Source: Bacteroidota bacterium (GTDB taxonomy: Bacteria > Chlamydiota > Chlamydiia > Chlamydiales > FEN-1388). From it: a DNA stretch of 64,000 bases. Each line of letters starts with the position of its first letter. Positions within the stretch are counted from its first letter, which is position 1. The stretch spans positions 132,245-196,244 of the forward strand of contig JABDGV010000002.1 in NCBI GenBank assembly GCA_013285825.1. Reading direction: 5' to 3'. The notes under the pieces were generated by a model that was not told the origin of the DNA, did no database searches, and worked only from the letters and a program-made list of their open reading frames with translations. The position numbers and the translations under genes were made by a program. Below are positions 10,301-17,904 of this stretch, piece after piece.

Positions 10301-11510
10301 TCGATTTAGAATCAGGATATGCTTTCTCAGATTCCAATAACTTGGCCATTTGGGCTAAAACTTTATTTTGTTCAGTCCCAAGTTTTTGAGGGATGCCATT
10401 TTCAAATGCAAATTTGATGAGCGCACGTTTTTCATTTGGGCTGAACTTTGCAAATTCATAAGGAGTTAGCCAATTTTGATCCACGTGGGAAAGAGAGCTA
10501 AAATCTTTGCAGGTTCTTGTAATTATATCTTTTGCTTGGCTGACCACTAATTTTTCGTTCTTTGAAAGGACCCTTTTAGCTCGTAGGGCATAGGCTAAGT
10601 CTATAATTTCTGATTCATAATTTGCTCGCGTGGACCCGACGGGCAATCTTCGAGCATGCTGCGATATCCAAAGAATTGCTAGTTGGTCGGAAAGAGAACA
10701 ACTGAGAAATTCTTCTTTGCTGATTTTTTCTCCTTTCTGGAGAGTTCTGAACTCAATTTTTTCTTCCTTTTGACCTGTGGGCAAATAGCTCTTAAAGCCT
10801 CTCCAAGCTTTTCCAAATTTTGTGGCATTGGGATCTTTGTAGTATTTCTTAGCCCCTTCTGCAACGACTCCAGTCCCGTATGAAATGCCGCCGAGGACTT
10901 TGTCAGTCAAAAATTGGAATGGGGTGTTGAGAGTCGATCCCATTGCTTTCCAGATGCCTAAGGAGGTCTCAAGTTTTGCAAGTGTGATGGAGGTATTTGT
11001 TTTACTTGCAAATCGAGTAGCTGTGGCACCATATTTTGCAGCGTATCCAACACCTTTGACAGCCGATGTTCCAATATTGCCGATATTTCCTACGATCGGG
11101 ACATAGGAGAGAATTGATGAGACAATGTCTGTTTTCGTTATGAGCTGTTCGGCTGCTGTTTCTACTCCCGTTGCAATTAGGTCTGTTCTTGTGTGCGCTT
11201 CTTGAGTCACACTTGTTGCAATATCAACCACAGATTCGCCGACAGCCCTGAATGTGAGTTCATTGATGAATACAGGAATGACTTTTTGTCCGGACCACGC
11301 CACAGTACTTACAGCATAGGATGTGAGAAATGTTGCAAGGCTTGCTATTTTAATTGGATAGTAGGCGTAGTTGGTCGGATCTTTCTTCTTTAAAAATTCC
11401 ATATCAACGGGAAGATAGGATTTCCCCCCAAGCTGCTTTGAAATTTTTATAGAGGTCTCTTTCTCTGTAGGAAATTGTTTACCAGAGCCCGTTACAGGAA
11501 TGGTGCTCAT
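4350..11510 (-). CDS. giant hypothetical protein (2386 aa), no Sec signal; candidate effector
   Basis: Single 7.2-kb ORF. It lies directly upstream of, and on the same strand as, the 1253-aa gene. It contains degenerate internal helical repeats of the type 'FSP..L..LS.E[DK]R..LI.F' (e.g. FSPNEKRALIKFAF, LSQEDRFALIEFLK, LSDKERSDLLYTV, LSLDEKRTLFPLLSDKEKNALFPKLSEE). I recognised no catalytic motif. Confidence 0.8.
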   Translation of the reverse strand: MSTIPVTGSGKQFPTEKETSIKISKQLGGKSYLPVDMEFLKKKDPTNYAYYPIKIASLATFLTSYAVSTVAWSGQKVIPVFINELTFRAVGESVVDIATSVTQEAHTRTDLIATGVETAAEQLITKTDIVSSILSYVPIVGNIGNIGTSAVKGVGYAAKYGATATRFASKTNTSITLAKLETSLGIWKAMGSTLNTPFQFLTDKVLGGISYGTGVVAEGAKKYYKDPNATKFGKAWRGFKSYLPTGQKEEKIEFRTLQKGEKISKEEFLSCSLSDQLAILWISQHARRLPVGSTRANYESEIIDLAYALRAKRVLSKNEKLVVSQAKDIITRTCKDFSSLSHVDQNWLTPYEFAKFSPNEKRALIKFAFENGIPQKLGTEQNKVLAQMAKLLESEKAYPDSKSSTFDLPAIETLALIAFNQLPSNKQKELGCFSPQDLKQLSQEDRFALIEFLKSELPYTKMDLQKLEKDFDKLASFITENLPIKKQIQFKTLLDQKIDMIELPNDVINKIEEMAAPEIQALENSTLSAAEKSLKTRQILTQKLLDIRGSKPVSDSSKKQVETDKRVLDTVVLEDKISADLRTKGLVHGGISLAGKALGGSEYYLGETLSYLLNLGNSEYLSSVLSGLFNGTGFVLENFAGMELAQTAVTGLMSTFGCTEFATAASLKISEFAINASGTAGEYLLQSCQYLRNSEEGIWTNYLKPALENAKTMAASQFETARNDALKGAFDAYANKFKDDFGISLSTSFEDFKAKILDPCVKTIKIGAATLSASQQEEKILKAASTSLGSYLFQQTTVALEQAGKSAEVLIGKNLDIKTVDSLTSSWSGFLKSFLGSATLTTVSATENLREAARVQSKLSELALQGLQTGNKLQNKAQNAANRLMIGKPQEFAQNLKKQSLDKDGSWLGWKGASWGLWGTGVVIDIVTSKFLIKSLTRSLGRMVHAIGPRVAEGAPLFFSALSQASSQLGQTLSEETNDLFDFAGYHTESLTRLVHRQLLPASAVDPLRVERFTKDLTKDERTHLVELAIITNKLSKSETKELLDSKTTPDRVARLCLVVFDSLGRDRSFVGTPTALKNNETLRKTILKALGDKAKDSNGNVLHDLELCKRYWALDPKLKQKITSMTIQDYFLLSDKERSDLLYTVCNMQSYQNELNIPDSWNWFKQYEQVKTKPKREDIELILKHQKDITIEDRRILQPSTLEKFGLEKAQEIYTLLKNNNYIDNLSLDEKRTLFPLLSDKEKNALFPKLSEEGQKIVKPLLSETTKTTSPMAREMQKKAYGLLCYLFNNATDIDNKERISFLDCSENWFLSLGETEQKLLSHLLSEDKPLTEPSEIIKAFQAKDTPKKIELYNAIFSQRAVGNLLLGEIKSYEKREAECFEKLQKLPSNQNLEERMVECRVIAKNLRALYDSLIRGIDPTTKVEKPVPKEKKVDLESNTDYLHMVQYFIESLPENERVRAIQEKIRLNAEDKKTDPSYLKQETLLLNKLLKEYQLQEATLQKVAPKAPKSELSLITKINIQISSFFKGLFTYTMGTFSFWNNQIAALLASEKNIAWHPLDSSQSMVFSWKDEKGIDHLEKFHLKTGLTGATMLVSELSGATFASPKHVVEHLLNHTISPPVPQGKESIAADVKTSYLKIRAVLKPGQGTLIRKIGERIIFEPKPTSAIMRLLGRIKRWFKPAEYNLKQNQGALKTILDSNSQVFNPHELEELEQLAGAAQTIDNRISILQTAAPYRHAQTERTIKEICQWIHTNPQNNESPTLLKRLELADDALQHIDEYRKLPINEFMYQTLNKLETDIELFLRSTSYSLKELHSGLEVDESCLHHNWKLFEQTVLEQTEAAATDKTARYEIKSTISRLDEAKSSTPQIESLRLLMRNQMVTTLKGLEEDKRLTPQGKERIALAESYCTSQKELKEIEKIFNSFETHRSSYIHALQNPPTVAHGKLEYTTKINEALNELTLKEKELNDHFRNFKNTIKTATAHPNFVECLQSAPRPTNNYFKELLSIDALEKMVESRKEGVEKLGELAKKLKLSIDPSHFSTLRESNRPSELMNALKPIASSWQRYREEEVIGDMTAIEKIDYFDKELKKNPSDHTNEAGLKRLAILQTSSRFDVAQESILETISELEKKKESTITLDEISSLVNSSQLLTQLYSDTVMIKNAKIEPSLYCSTLANLASGLIDLAPLPPENKSHMNSAIILGLRLSFLPSEKANTQEQIRTFIKFLKTALAPITNWEKIQLGVPSVTYETENTKPLGSLIKELETLYRVEEKGNIQNKNIFTIHSHVEKILTTCWDRQVSTAIFNKLHALIQSTSLSEEVIIKWARQSHELLNITVNDPEWKIADINKLREETQEPSDIKKLNEEEIKYRSEILSTLIKETYK

Positions 11511-11624
11511 TTACGACCTGTCTTCTGCTCTCTGATCCTACTACTTTAAAAAAATATTGTACACAGTGGTACTTACTGAGAACTCTATAAGTCGGTATTA
11601 TAATGTTAAAATTAATGAGATTCT

Positions 11625-12386
11625 ATGAGCGATAATGATCACTTTAAGGGCAAAGGTCCAATGCAGCACATCGTTGAAGTGCAGGCCAATGGCATGACGA
11701 TGTCCGCAGAAGTTCATGGTGCTGAAACTCCAGGCGCTCTTTTTGCCTGCCTCGATTCATTTCGGGAGAGCATGCTTTGGATAGCATTTTTTGTGCTTGT
11801 GGGACACTTTCTTGATTTTGGCTTATTTCATGCATGTGTTATTTCGTCAGCCCTCTTTTTAGGGTATGCTTTGTGGCGTGGATGTCGAGCTGTTCATATC
11901 GCTAACTTTCGATTGGAGAGATTGCATCGGGTAGCTCTTGAAGAAAAAAAAGAAATCGAGACCAATCGCGATCAGGAGAAAGAGGAGCTGAAAGCGCTCT
12001 ATAAAGCCAAAGGCTTTGAAGGCAAGCTTTTAGACGATGTCGTTGATGTTTTGATGGCCGACAATGAGCGCTGCTTACGGGTCATGCTCGAAGAGGAGAT
12101 GGGTTTTCGGCTGCGCGAAAATCAGCATCCGCTGGTGCAGGGGTTGGGCGGTGCTCTTGGCGTGCTCTTCTCTTTCCTTTTGAGTCTTCTTTTGTCCTAT
12201 TTTGGACTTCTTTACATGCTTATCGGAGCTATTGGGATTTCTGCAATTTCTTGGGCAATTATTGCCAAGCGGGAAAAGAATAGAATCATTCCAGCAGTTG
12301 TTTGGGGAGCTTCAGAGATGATTGCATCCTTGGCTGTTGCCTACTTTATTTTACGCTCTTTGCTTGTAGGTAGTACCAGTGGATAA
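11625..12386 (+). CDS. VIT1/CCC1-family (DUF125) iron/manganese transporter-like membrane protein
   Basis: The central cytoplasmic segment ...EKEELKALYKAKGFEGKLLDDVVDVLMADNERCLRVMLEEEMGF... matches the characteristic VIT-family helix pattern and is flanked by hydrophobic helices. The stop overlaps the downstream ATPase start. Confidence 0.55.
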   Translation: MSDNDHFKGKGPMQHIVEVQANGMTMSAEVHGAETPGALFACLDSFRESMLWIAFFVLVGHFLDFGLFHACVISSALFLGYALWRGCRAVHIANFRLERLHRVALEEKKEIETNRDQEKEELKALYKAKGFEGKLLDDVVDVLMADNERCLRVMLEEEMGFRLRENQHPLVQGLGGALGVLFSFLLSLLLSYFGLLYMLIGAIGISAISWAIIAKREKNRIIPAVVWGASEMIASLAVAYFILRSLLVGSTSG

Positions 12387-14373
12387 TACCTCTCAAGCCG
12401 TTCAATTTCCCTTTGCGAGAAAAAAGGTTCGTGAGAGCACTTTTTTACGCTTTATTGCTTTAGGTTTAGAAGAGAGCTTAAGCCCATTTTTGGATCCTTA
12501 TGGCAGAAATTTAAGCCGAAATCTCTCTTTGAAGGCAGCAATCACCGCAGCCGTTCTTCTCCTCTCTGCTTTCCTTTTCAGACTGTTCTTGCCTGAAAGC
12601 CCTGTAGATTACGTGCTCTTAACACTTTGTCTTCTCGTTGTAGCCCCTACAGCCTGTATTGAGTCCATTGAAGATTTATCAAAGAAAGATATCAACATCG
12701 ATGTCCTCATGACAGTAGCCGCTCTCGGCGCCTGCTTGATTGGCCGCGGATTTGAAGGAGCGCTTCTTCTCGTGCTCTTTGCCCTCTCTGGCGCTATGGA
12801 AGATGCAGTTACCTTGAAAGCTAAGAAGAATCTTACCGATCTTGAGGAGCTTCTTCCTGAAAAGGCAACGATTATTGACGACGGAGTTGTGTTTGAGCGG
12901 GCAGTTTCCGATATCAGGCTTCAAGACGTGCTTCTTGTGCGCCATGGAGAGATGGTAGCGCTTGATGGAACAGTTATATCGGGCACAGGCGCTTTGACCC
13001 TTGCCCACCTGACAGGTGAAGCAAGGCCCCAGGCCGTATCAAAAGGGGATAAGGTATTATCTGGCGCGAGATTAATTGAAGGGTCAATTGAAATTCGAGT
13101 TGAGTGCACCTCTTCTGATTCAACCCTTGCCAAGCTTGTAAAACTCATTACGGTTGCTCACGAAAGAAAGCCGGTCTTGACACGCAGTTTTGAGCGTTTT
13201 GGCCGCTATTATGCTGCGGGAATTATGACAGCTGCTGCACTTGTTGCAGCCTTTCTTCCCTTCTTTGGAGTTGAATTTTTGGGCGATAGTGGTGCTCTCA
13301 TTCGAGCGCTTTCTTTTCTTATCACGGCGTCGCCTTGCGCCCTAGTTTTAGCCGTTCCTATTGCCTACATTAGCTCTCTCGGACTTTTTGCAAGGAAGGG
13401 CATTTTAGTAAAAGGCTCGCACATTTTGGATGCGTTGGTGATATGCCAAGCAGTTGCCTTTGATAAGACAGGGACTCTCACCTATGGAGTGTTGAAGCTT
13501 TGTTCAGATGTTGATCCAGAAAACTTGAGAGCATTTGCAGCCGTCGAACGAGGATCTAACCATCCTATAGCTATTGCCATTGCTGAAGAGGCCATTAAAA
13601 AAGGACTTACTCTCCCAGAAGTCTCTGAATTTATCTCCATTCCTGGCGAGGGGGTTGAGGGCAAGGTTTCTCTTAACGGAAATATACAAACCGTTTTTAT
13701 AGGTTCGGTTGAAGGGGCGCTGAAGAGGATTTCAACAGAAACGGATCTCATGAAGAGTGCTGAAGAGGCGCGGCAAAAAGGATTTGGAACAGCATGCGGA
13801 GTTATCGATGGCAAAGGGTATCTCCTCCAATTTTCCGATACGATTCGAGAGGGGGCTGCAGCATCTATCGAACGGTTGAAGTCTCTGGGGAAAGAAGTGC
13901 TTATCCTTACAGGAGATAGCAAGGAAAATGCAGATAGAGTTGCCGATGAAATTGGGATTGATATTGTTGAGGCTCAGCTGAAACCGGAAGATAAGCTTAA
14001 ATGCATTCAGCAGCTTTCAGAGCAAGCGGGGCTTGTCATGGTTGGAGATGGGATTAACGATGCCCCCGCCTTGGCTCGTGCAACCGTCGGGGTATCCATG
14101 GGCACTATGTCGAGTGCGACAGCTCGGGAAGCATCCGATGTGATTCTTCTCCATGATAGAATTGACCTTCTTGACTGGATGTTTCAACAGGCGATCAGAA
14201 CGCAGCATGTGGTTTGGCAAAATCTAATTTTGGCGCTTCTCGTCATTGTACTGGCTTCGATGTCGGCGCTTTTAGGAGAACTTTCTCTTTGGGTTGCAGT
14301 TGTTTTGCATGAAGGGGGGACAGTCCTCGTCGGATTAAATGGCTTGCGATTGCTTCGGGAGAAATCACGGTGA
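12379..14373 (+). CDS. heavy-metal P-type ATPase, P1B-4-like (SPC / HEGGT signature; Co/Zn/Fe(II)-type exporter)
   Basis: Motifs seen: DKTGTLT phosphorylation site, TGDS, GDGINDAPAL hinge, SPC in ITASPCALVLAVP, and HEGGT in the last TM helix. There is no N-terminal CxxC metal-binding domain. At 664 aa the size fits the short P1B-4 class. The GTG start overlaps the upstream stop by 8 nt. Confidence 0.85.
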   Translation: MDNTSQAVQFPFARKKVRESTFLRFIALGLEESLSPFLDPYGRNLSRNLSLKAAITAAVLLLSAFLFRLFLPESPVDYVLLTLCLLVVAPTACIESIEDLSKKDINIDVLMTVAALGACLIGRGFEGALLLVLFALSGAMEDAVTLKAKKNLTDLEELLPEKATIIDDGVVFERAVSDIRLQDVLLVRHGEMVALDGTVISGTGALTLAHLTGEARPQAVSKGDKVLSGARLIEGSIEIRVECTSSDSTLAKLVKLITVAHERKPVLTRSFERFGRYYAAGIMTAAALVAAFLPFFGVEFLGDSGALIRALSFLITASPCALVLAVPIAYISSLGLFARKGILVKGSHILDALVICQAVAFDKTGTLTYGVLKLCSDVDPENLRAFAAVERGSNHPIAIAIAEEAIKKGLTLPEVSEFISIPGEGVEGKVSLNGNIQTVFIGSVEGALKRISTETDLMKSAEEARQKGFGTACGVIDGKGYLLQFSDTIREGAAASIERLKSLGKEVLILTGDSKENADRVADEIGIDIVEAQLKPEDKLKCIQQLSEQAGLVMVGDGINDAPALARATVGVSMGTMSSATAREASDVILLHDRIDLLDWMFQQAIRTQHVVWQNLILALLVIVLASMSALLGELSLWVAVVLHEGGTVLVGLNGLRLLREKSR

Positions 14374-16202
14374 GAGTTTTATCTGCGATTGTGCATTTTG
14401 CCGAGCAAGTGCTTTTTGGTGATAAAATGCAAGTTTCAGAATTGGATAAAAAACGAGCTTTTCAAGAGCTTATTCCTCTTGAAGAGGCCTATATTCGCTA
14501 TTGGAAAGAGGGTGGAAACAAGCCTGATTTCCCACACGATCAAAGCAACCTCTTCTTTAAAACTATCCATGATGCCTTTCAAGCTTGTACAAGAACAAAT
14601 ACTCTTCTCAACCCCGAAGTTTTAGGATTTCGCTTCGATGGCTGGGTGCTTGATGGACATAAATATCCAGTTCGCCCTTGGGCCCTTTTTTATTTTTGGA
14701 GTGAGAATTTTTTCGCCTTTCATATCCGCTTTCAAGATATCGCCCGAGGCGGGCTTCGTACGGTAATACCTCGGGAACTTGTTGTAGAAGAGTGGGATAA
14801 AAAGCAGATCTTTTGCGAATGCTATGACTTAGCCTACACCCAAGAGTTGAAGAATAAAGATATCCCTGAAGGGGGTTCAAAAGGCGTTATCTTTATCCCC
14901 TATACGCTCTCCTCTCAGCAAGAAGAGATTCAAAGGAAGTGCATTGAGGCGTTCTTGTCCATGCTGATTGCAGGCTCTGAGTGGGTCTTTTTAGGGCCTG
15001 ATGAACGAATGTCTGACTCTATGCTTGATTGGATAGGAAGCTGCGCTAAGCGTATGGGCTACAGTTTGGGGCCTGCTTTCATGACCTCAAGGCCAAACGG
15101 CGGCATCAACCATAAAGAGTATGGCGTTACCTCCTTTGGCCTGATGGTCTATATAGAAGAGGCTTTAAAGGCTGTAGGCATTGATCCAGCAAAACAGAAA
15201 TTTTCGATAAAGCTCTCCGGAGGCCCGGATGGCGATGTTGCTGGAAATACGATCAAGTTTTTGGCTGAAAAGTATCCCGATACTGCATCCATTGTTGCCA
15301 TTAAGGATGTTTCAGGACTGCTCTATGATCCGTTCGGAATCCCTTTTGCTGCCTTAATGCCGCTAGTTGAAAAGGGGCTTCCTATTGCCACTATTGATTT
15401 GAATGCTCTTCATGAGGGCAGTTTTCTGCTCGATATGCGGAAAAAACCTCTCTTTATTCATGGAATTAGAGAAGAATTAGATCCGACGGTAGCTAATACC
15501 CTTTTTGATGTGTTTTTGCATCGAGTTTTGTCGGATCTCTTTATTCCCGCTGGCGGGCGCCGATCATCGCTCCGAAGAGAAAATATTGCCGATTTTATGC
15601 CCGATGGAATTCCGAGCAGTAGAGTTATCGTCGAAGGGGCTAATGTCTATTTGACCCAAGAGGCAAGAGATGCCCTTGAATCCCACGGGGTTTTAATAAT
15701 TCGAGATAGCAGCGCAAATAAAGGGGGAGTTATCTCCTCTTCCTATGAAGTTCAGGCGCTACTTACTTTGGGAGAAGAGGGGCTTCTTAAGAATAAGGAT
15801 CAAGTCGTTCAAGAGATTTATCAGGTTATAGCCCGTCTTTGCCGATTTGAGGCAAATCTCCTATTAAAAGAGAGAGAGAGGCAAAAACGTCCAGCATCTC
15901 TCCTCTCCTCTGAGCTTTCACTAGCTATTGAATCTTTGACCCATAAACTCTTGGTTTGGGTACAAAATTGGGAGAGTCCTCTCTATAAAAAGTGCCTAGA
16001 AGCCCATTTTTTGCCTATTGTTCGTGCTCTAGGTGATAAGGCGGGCGAATCACTCACCCCCTCCTATATTCACGCCATTATAGTCTGTTTCATTGCATCT
16101 CACTGCATCTATAAGCACGGACTTGTGCTGCCCTATGAGATTCGAAAAGAAAACCTCGATAGAATGGCCACTGAATCCTTAGAATTTAGCAGTCAAGCTT
16201 AA
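14370..16202 (+). CDS. NAD-glutamate dehydrogenase of the 'large GDH' (Bac_GDH) family, catalytic core only
   Basis: Motifs seen: ARGGLRTV, KNKDIPEGGSKGVIF (catalytic Lys region), GGPDGDVAGN (dinucleotide fold) and EGANVYLT...RDSSANKGGVISSSYEV. The GTG at 14370 overlaps the ATPase stop. An ATG at 14427 (MQVSELDK...) is an alternative start. Confidence 0.7.
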   Translation: MRVLSAIVHFAEQVLFGDKMQVSELDKKRAFQELIPLEEAYIRYWKEGGNKPDFPHDQSNLFFKTIHDAFQACTRTNTLLNPEVLGFRFDGWVLDGHKYPVRPWALFYFWSENFFAFHIRFQDIARGGLRTVIPRELVVEEWDKKQIFCECYDLAYTQELKNKDIPEGGSKGVIFIPYTLSSQQEEIQRKCIEAFLSMLIAGSEWVFLGPDERMSDSMLDWIGSCAKRMGYSLGPAFMTSRPNGGINHKEYGVTSFGLMVYIEEALKAVGIDPAKQKFSIKLSGGPDGDVAGNTIKFLAEKYPDTASIVAIKDVSGLLYDPFGIPFAALMPLVEKGLPIATIDLNALHEGSFLLDMRKKPLFIHGIREELDPTVANTLFDVFLHRVLSDLFIPAGGRRSSLRRENIADFMPDGIPSSRVIVEGANVYLTQEARDALESHGVLIIRDSSANKGGVISSSYEVQALLTLGEEGLLKNKDQVVQEIYQVIARLCRFEANLLLKERERQKRPASLLSSELSLAIESLTHKLLVWVQNWESPLYKKCLEAHFLPIVRALGDKAGESLTPSYIHAIIVCFIASHCIYKHGLVLPYEIRKENLDRMATESLEFSSQA

Positions 16203-16212
16203 CGACTGCTAA
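16186..16212. promoter_or_regulatory. CIRCE operator (HrcA binding site): TTAGCAGTC-N9-GACTGCTAA
   Basis: Perfect 9-bp inverted repeat with a 9-nt spacer. It matches the CIRCE consensus TTAGCACTC-N9-GAGTGCTAA except for the symmetric C/G swap. It lies 44 nt upstream of the hrcA ATG (16256) and spans the upstream gene's stop codon (16200-16202). A TAGAAT sits immediately upstream at 16180-16185. Confidence 0.85.
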
Positions 16213-16255
16213 ATTTTTGTTGCATTTCGAAAATCGGTCTGGTTATACTAAAAAT

Positions 16256-17389
16256 ATGACCAAGCAAGTAGATTCCAAAACAAGAATAAAGCCGACCAAA
16301 AAAGAGCGCGAAATGAGCGTTCTCTTTGGCGTAGTTGAGCAATATTTAAGGACCGGAAAACCAGTCGGATCCCAGCTGCTTCAAGAGATGGGCTTTCCCG
16401 AATTAAGTTCGGCCACCATTCGAAACTATTTCACGACGCTTGAATCAGAAGGGTACCTTCTTCAACAGCACACTTCCGGCGGACGAGAACCCATGCCAAA
16501 AGCGTTTCGTCTCTATGCCCATGCCTCTCTTGATCAGGCAACTGGAAGCGTAAAAGGGGTAAAAACCGATGATTCGAGCATTGAATCTAAGGAAGTGGTC
16601 CGCTTTTTGCATGAGAGCGCAGATAAAGTCTCTTTGAATTTGAATGCAGCGGTTTTTTTAACTCTTCCCCGATTTGATAGGGACGGCCTCCTTGAGATTA
16701 AGTATGTTCCTCTTGATCGGAAGCAAATCTTAGCTGTTTATGTGACAACTTTTGGTACGGTGCACACAGAGATTGTCCCAGTATCTCGAAAGGTTCGCCC
16801 CGAAGAGGTGCGCAATTTAGAGTCTTTTAGCCGGGCATGCCTTGTTCGCGCTCAAGGCGGCGAGAGAGAGCAGCTTGAGACCATGAGCTTTGCTGAAAGA
16901 GAATTTGCGCGTGCGCTGCATCAAGAGGTGATGGCCCGCTTTTTAGTTGCCTATTCGAGTGTTTCTGAAGAGGATCTTTATCGAACCGGCTTTTCACGGC
17001 TTCTCTCGTGTACAGATGGAAAGCAAACACAAGCGCTCTCATCAGGCTTTGCGCTTTTTGAGAATCGCCCTGTGCTGAGAGGTATGTGCCGAGATGCCCT
17101 TCGATCAAATAGCGTTCGATTTTGGATTGGCGATGATCTTGACCCCTTCGTTAAGGATGAGGCGGAGTGCGCTCTCATTACAGCTCCCTACCGAGTTGGA
17201 TCTAAATCTGTTGGGGCGATTGGGGTTATTGGTCCTATGAGGATGTTTTACAGAGAGCTTTTTGAATATTTATTGAATGAGACAGATCGGGTTTCTAAGG
17301 TACTTACGAAAAGTCTTTGCACTTTTCAGATTGGGTATAAAGAGCCCGAAACTGGCTCTTCCAAGGAACTTATGAGGATAGAGAGATGA
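16256..17389 (+). CDS. hrcA: heat-inducible transcription repressor HrcA
   Basis: N-terminal winged-helix region (VLFGVVEQYLRTGKPVGSQLL...SSATIRNYFTTLESEGYL). First gene of the hrcA-grpE-dnaK order and preceded by CIRCE. The track start at 16217 is a TTG, so I prefer the ATG at 16256. The stop overlaps the grpE ATG (ATGA). Confidence 0.9.
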   Translation: MTKQVDSKTRIKPTKKEREMSVLFGVVEQYLRTGKPVGSQLLQEMGFPELSSATIRNYFTTLESEGYLLQQHTSGGREPMPKAFRLYAHASLDQATGSVKGVKTDDSSIESKEVVRFLHESADKVSLNLNAAVFLTLPRFDRDGLLEIKYVPLDRKQILAVYVTTFGTVHTEIVPVSRKVRPEEVRNLESFSRACLVRAQGGEREQLETMSFAEREFARALHQEVMARFLVAYSSVSEEDLYRTGFSRLLSCTDGKQTQALSSGFALFENRPVLRGMCRDALRSNSVRFWIGDDLDPFVKDEAECALITAPYRVGSKSVGAIGVIGPMRMFYRELFEYLLNETDRVSKVLTKSLCTFQIGYKEPETGSSKELMRIER

Positions 17390-17895
17390 GTGATACGCCG
17401 ACAGAGGTGCAGGAGCCAGTGGTTCCTGAAAACGAATTAGAAAAGGTTCGATCAGAAGCTTTGGAATGGAAAGACAAGTACTTTCGCGCACTTGCTGAGA
17501 TCGAAAATAGCCGAAAGAGGCTCCAGAGGGATAAAGTAGAATCGCAGAGCTTTGCAATCCAAAATGTCCTTGTAGATCTACTGCAGCCGATTGACCATTT
17601 TGAAAAGGCGCTTATGCATGCGGAAAATACCACTCCAGAAGTTAAGAACTGGGCGATTGGCTTTGAGATGATTTTACAGACCATGCGTCAAGTTTTAGAG
17701 GATCATGGAGCTCAATCTTTTTCTTCAAAAGGGCAGCAGTTTGACCCGCATCTGCATGAGGCAGTTGAGACAGTTCCTACCAGTGATGTTCCTGAAGGGA
17801 CTATTTTAGAAGAGTTTCAGAAAGGCTACAAGATGGCAGGACGCATTATCCGGCCTGCGAAAGTAAAAGTTGCAACAGCACAAGTTCAAGAATAA
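17386..17895 (+). CDS. grpE: nucleotide exchange factor GrpE
   Basis: Position between hrcA and dnaK. Motifs seen: ...YFRALAEIENSRKRLQRD..., ...FDPHLHEAV... and ...GYKMAGRIIRPAKVKV. Confidence 0.92.
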   Translation: MSDTPTEVQEPVVPENELEKVRSEALEWKDKYFRALAEIENSRKRLQRDKVESQSFAIQNVLVDLLQPIDHFEKALMHAENTTPEVKNWAIGFEMILQTMRQVLEDHGAQSFSSKGQQFDPHLHEAVETVPTSDVPEGTILEEFQKGYKMAGRIIRPAKVKVATAQVQE

Positions 17896-17904
17896 GGAGT
17901 TATT

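Noticed and set aside
16217-16255. TTG start for hrcA given in the ORF track
   Set aside because: It begins only 5 nt after the CIRCE operator and adds an odd N-terminus (MLHFENRSGYTKN). The ATG at 16256 is more plausible, though neither start is proven.
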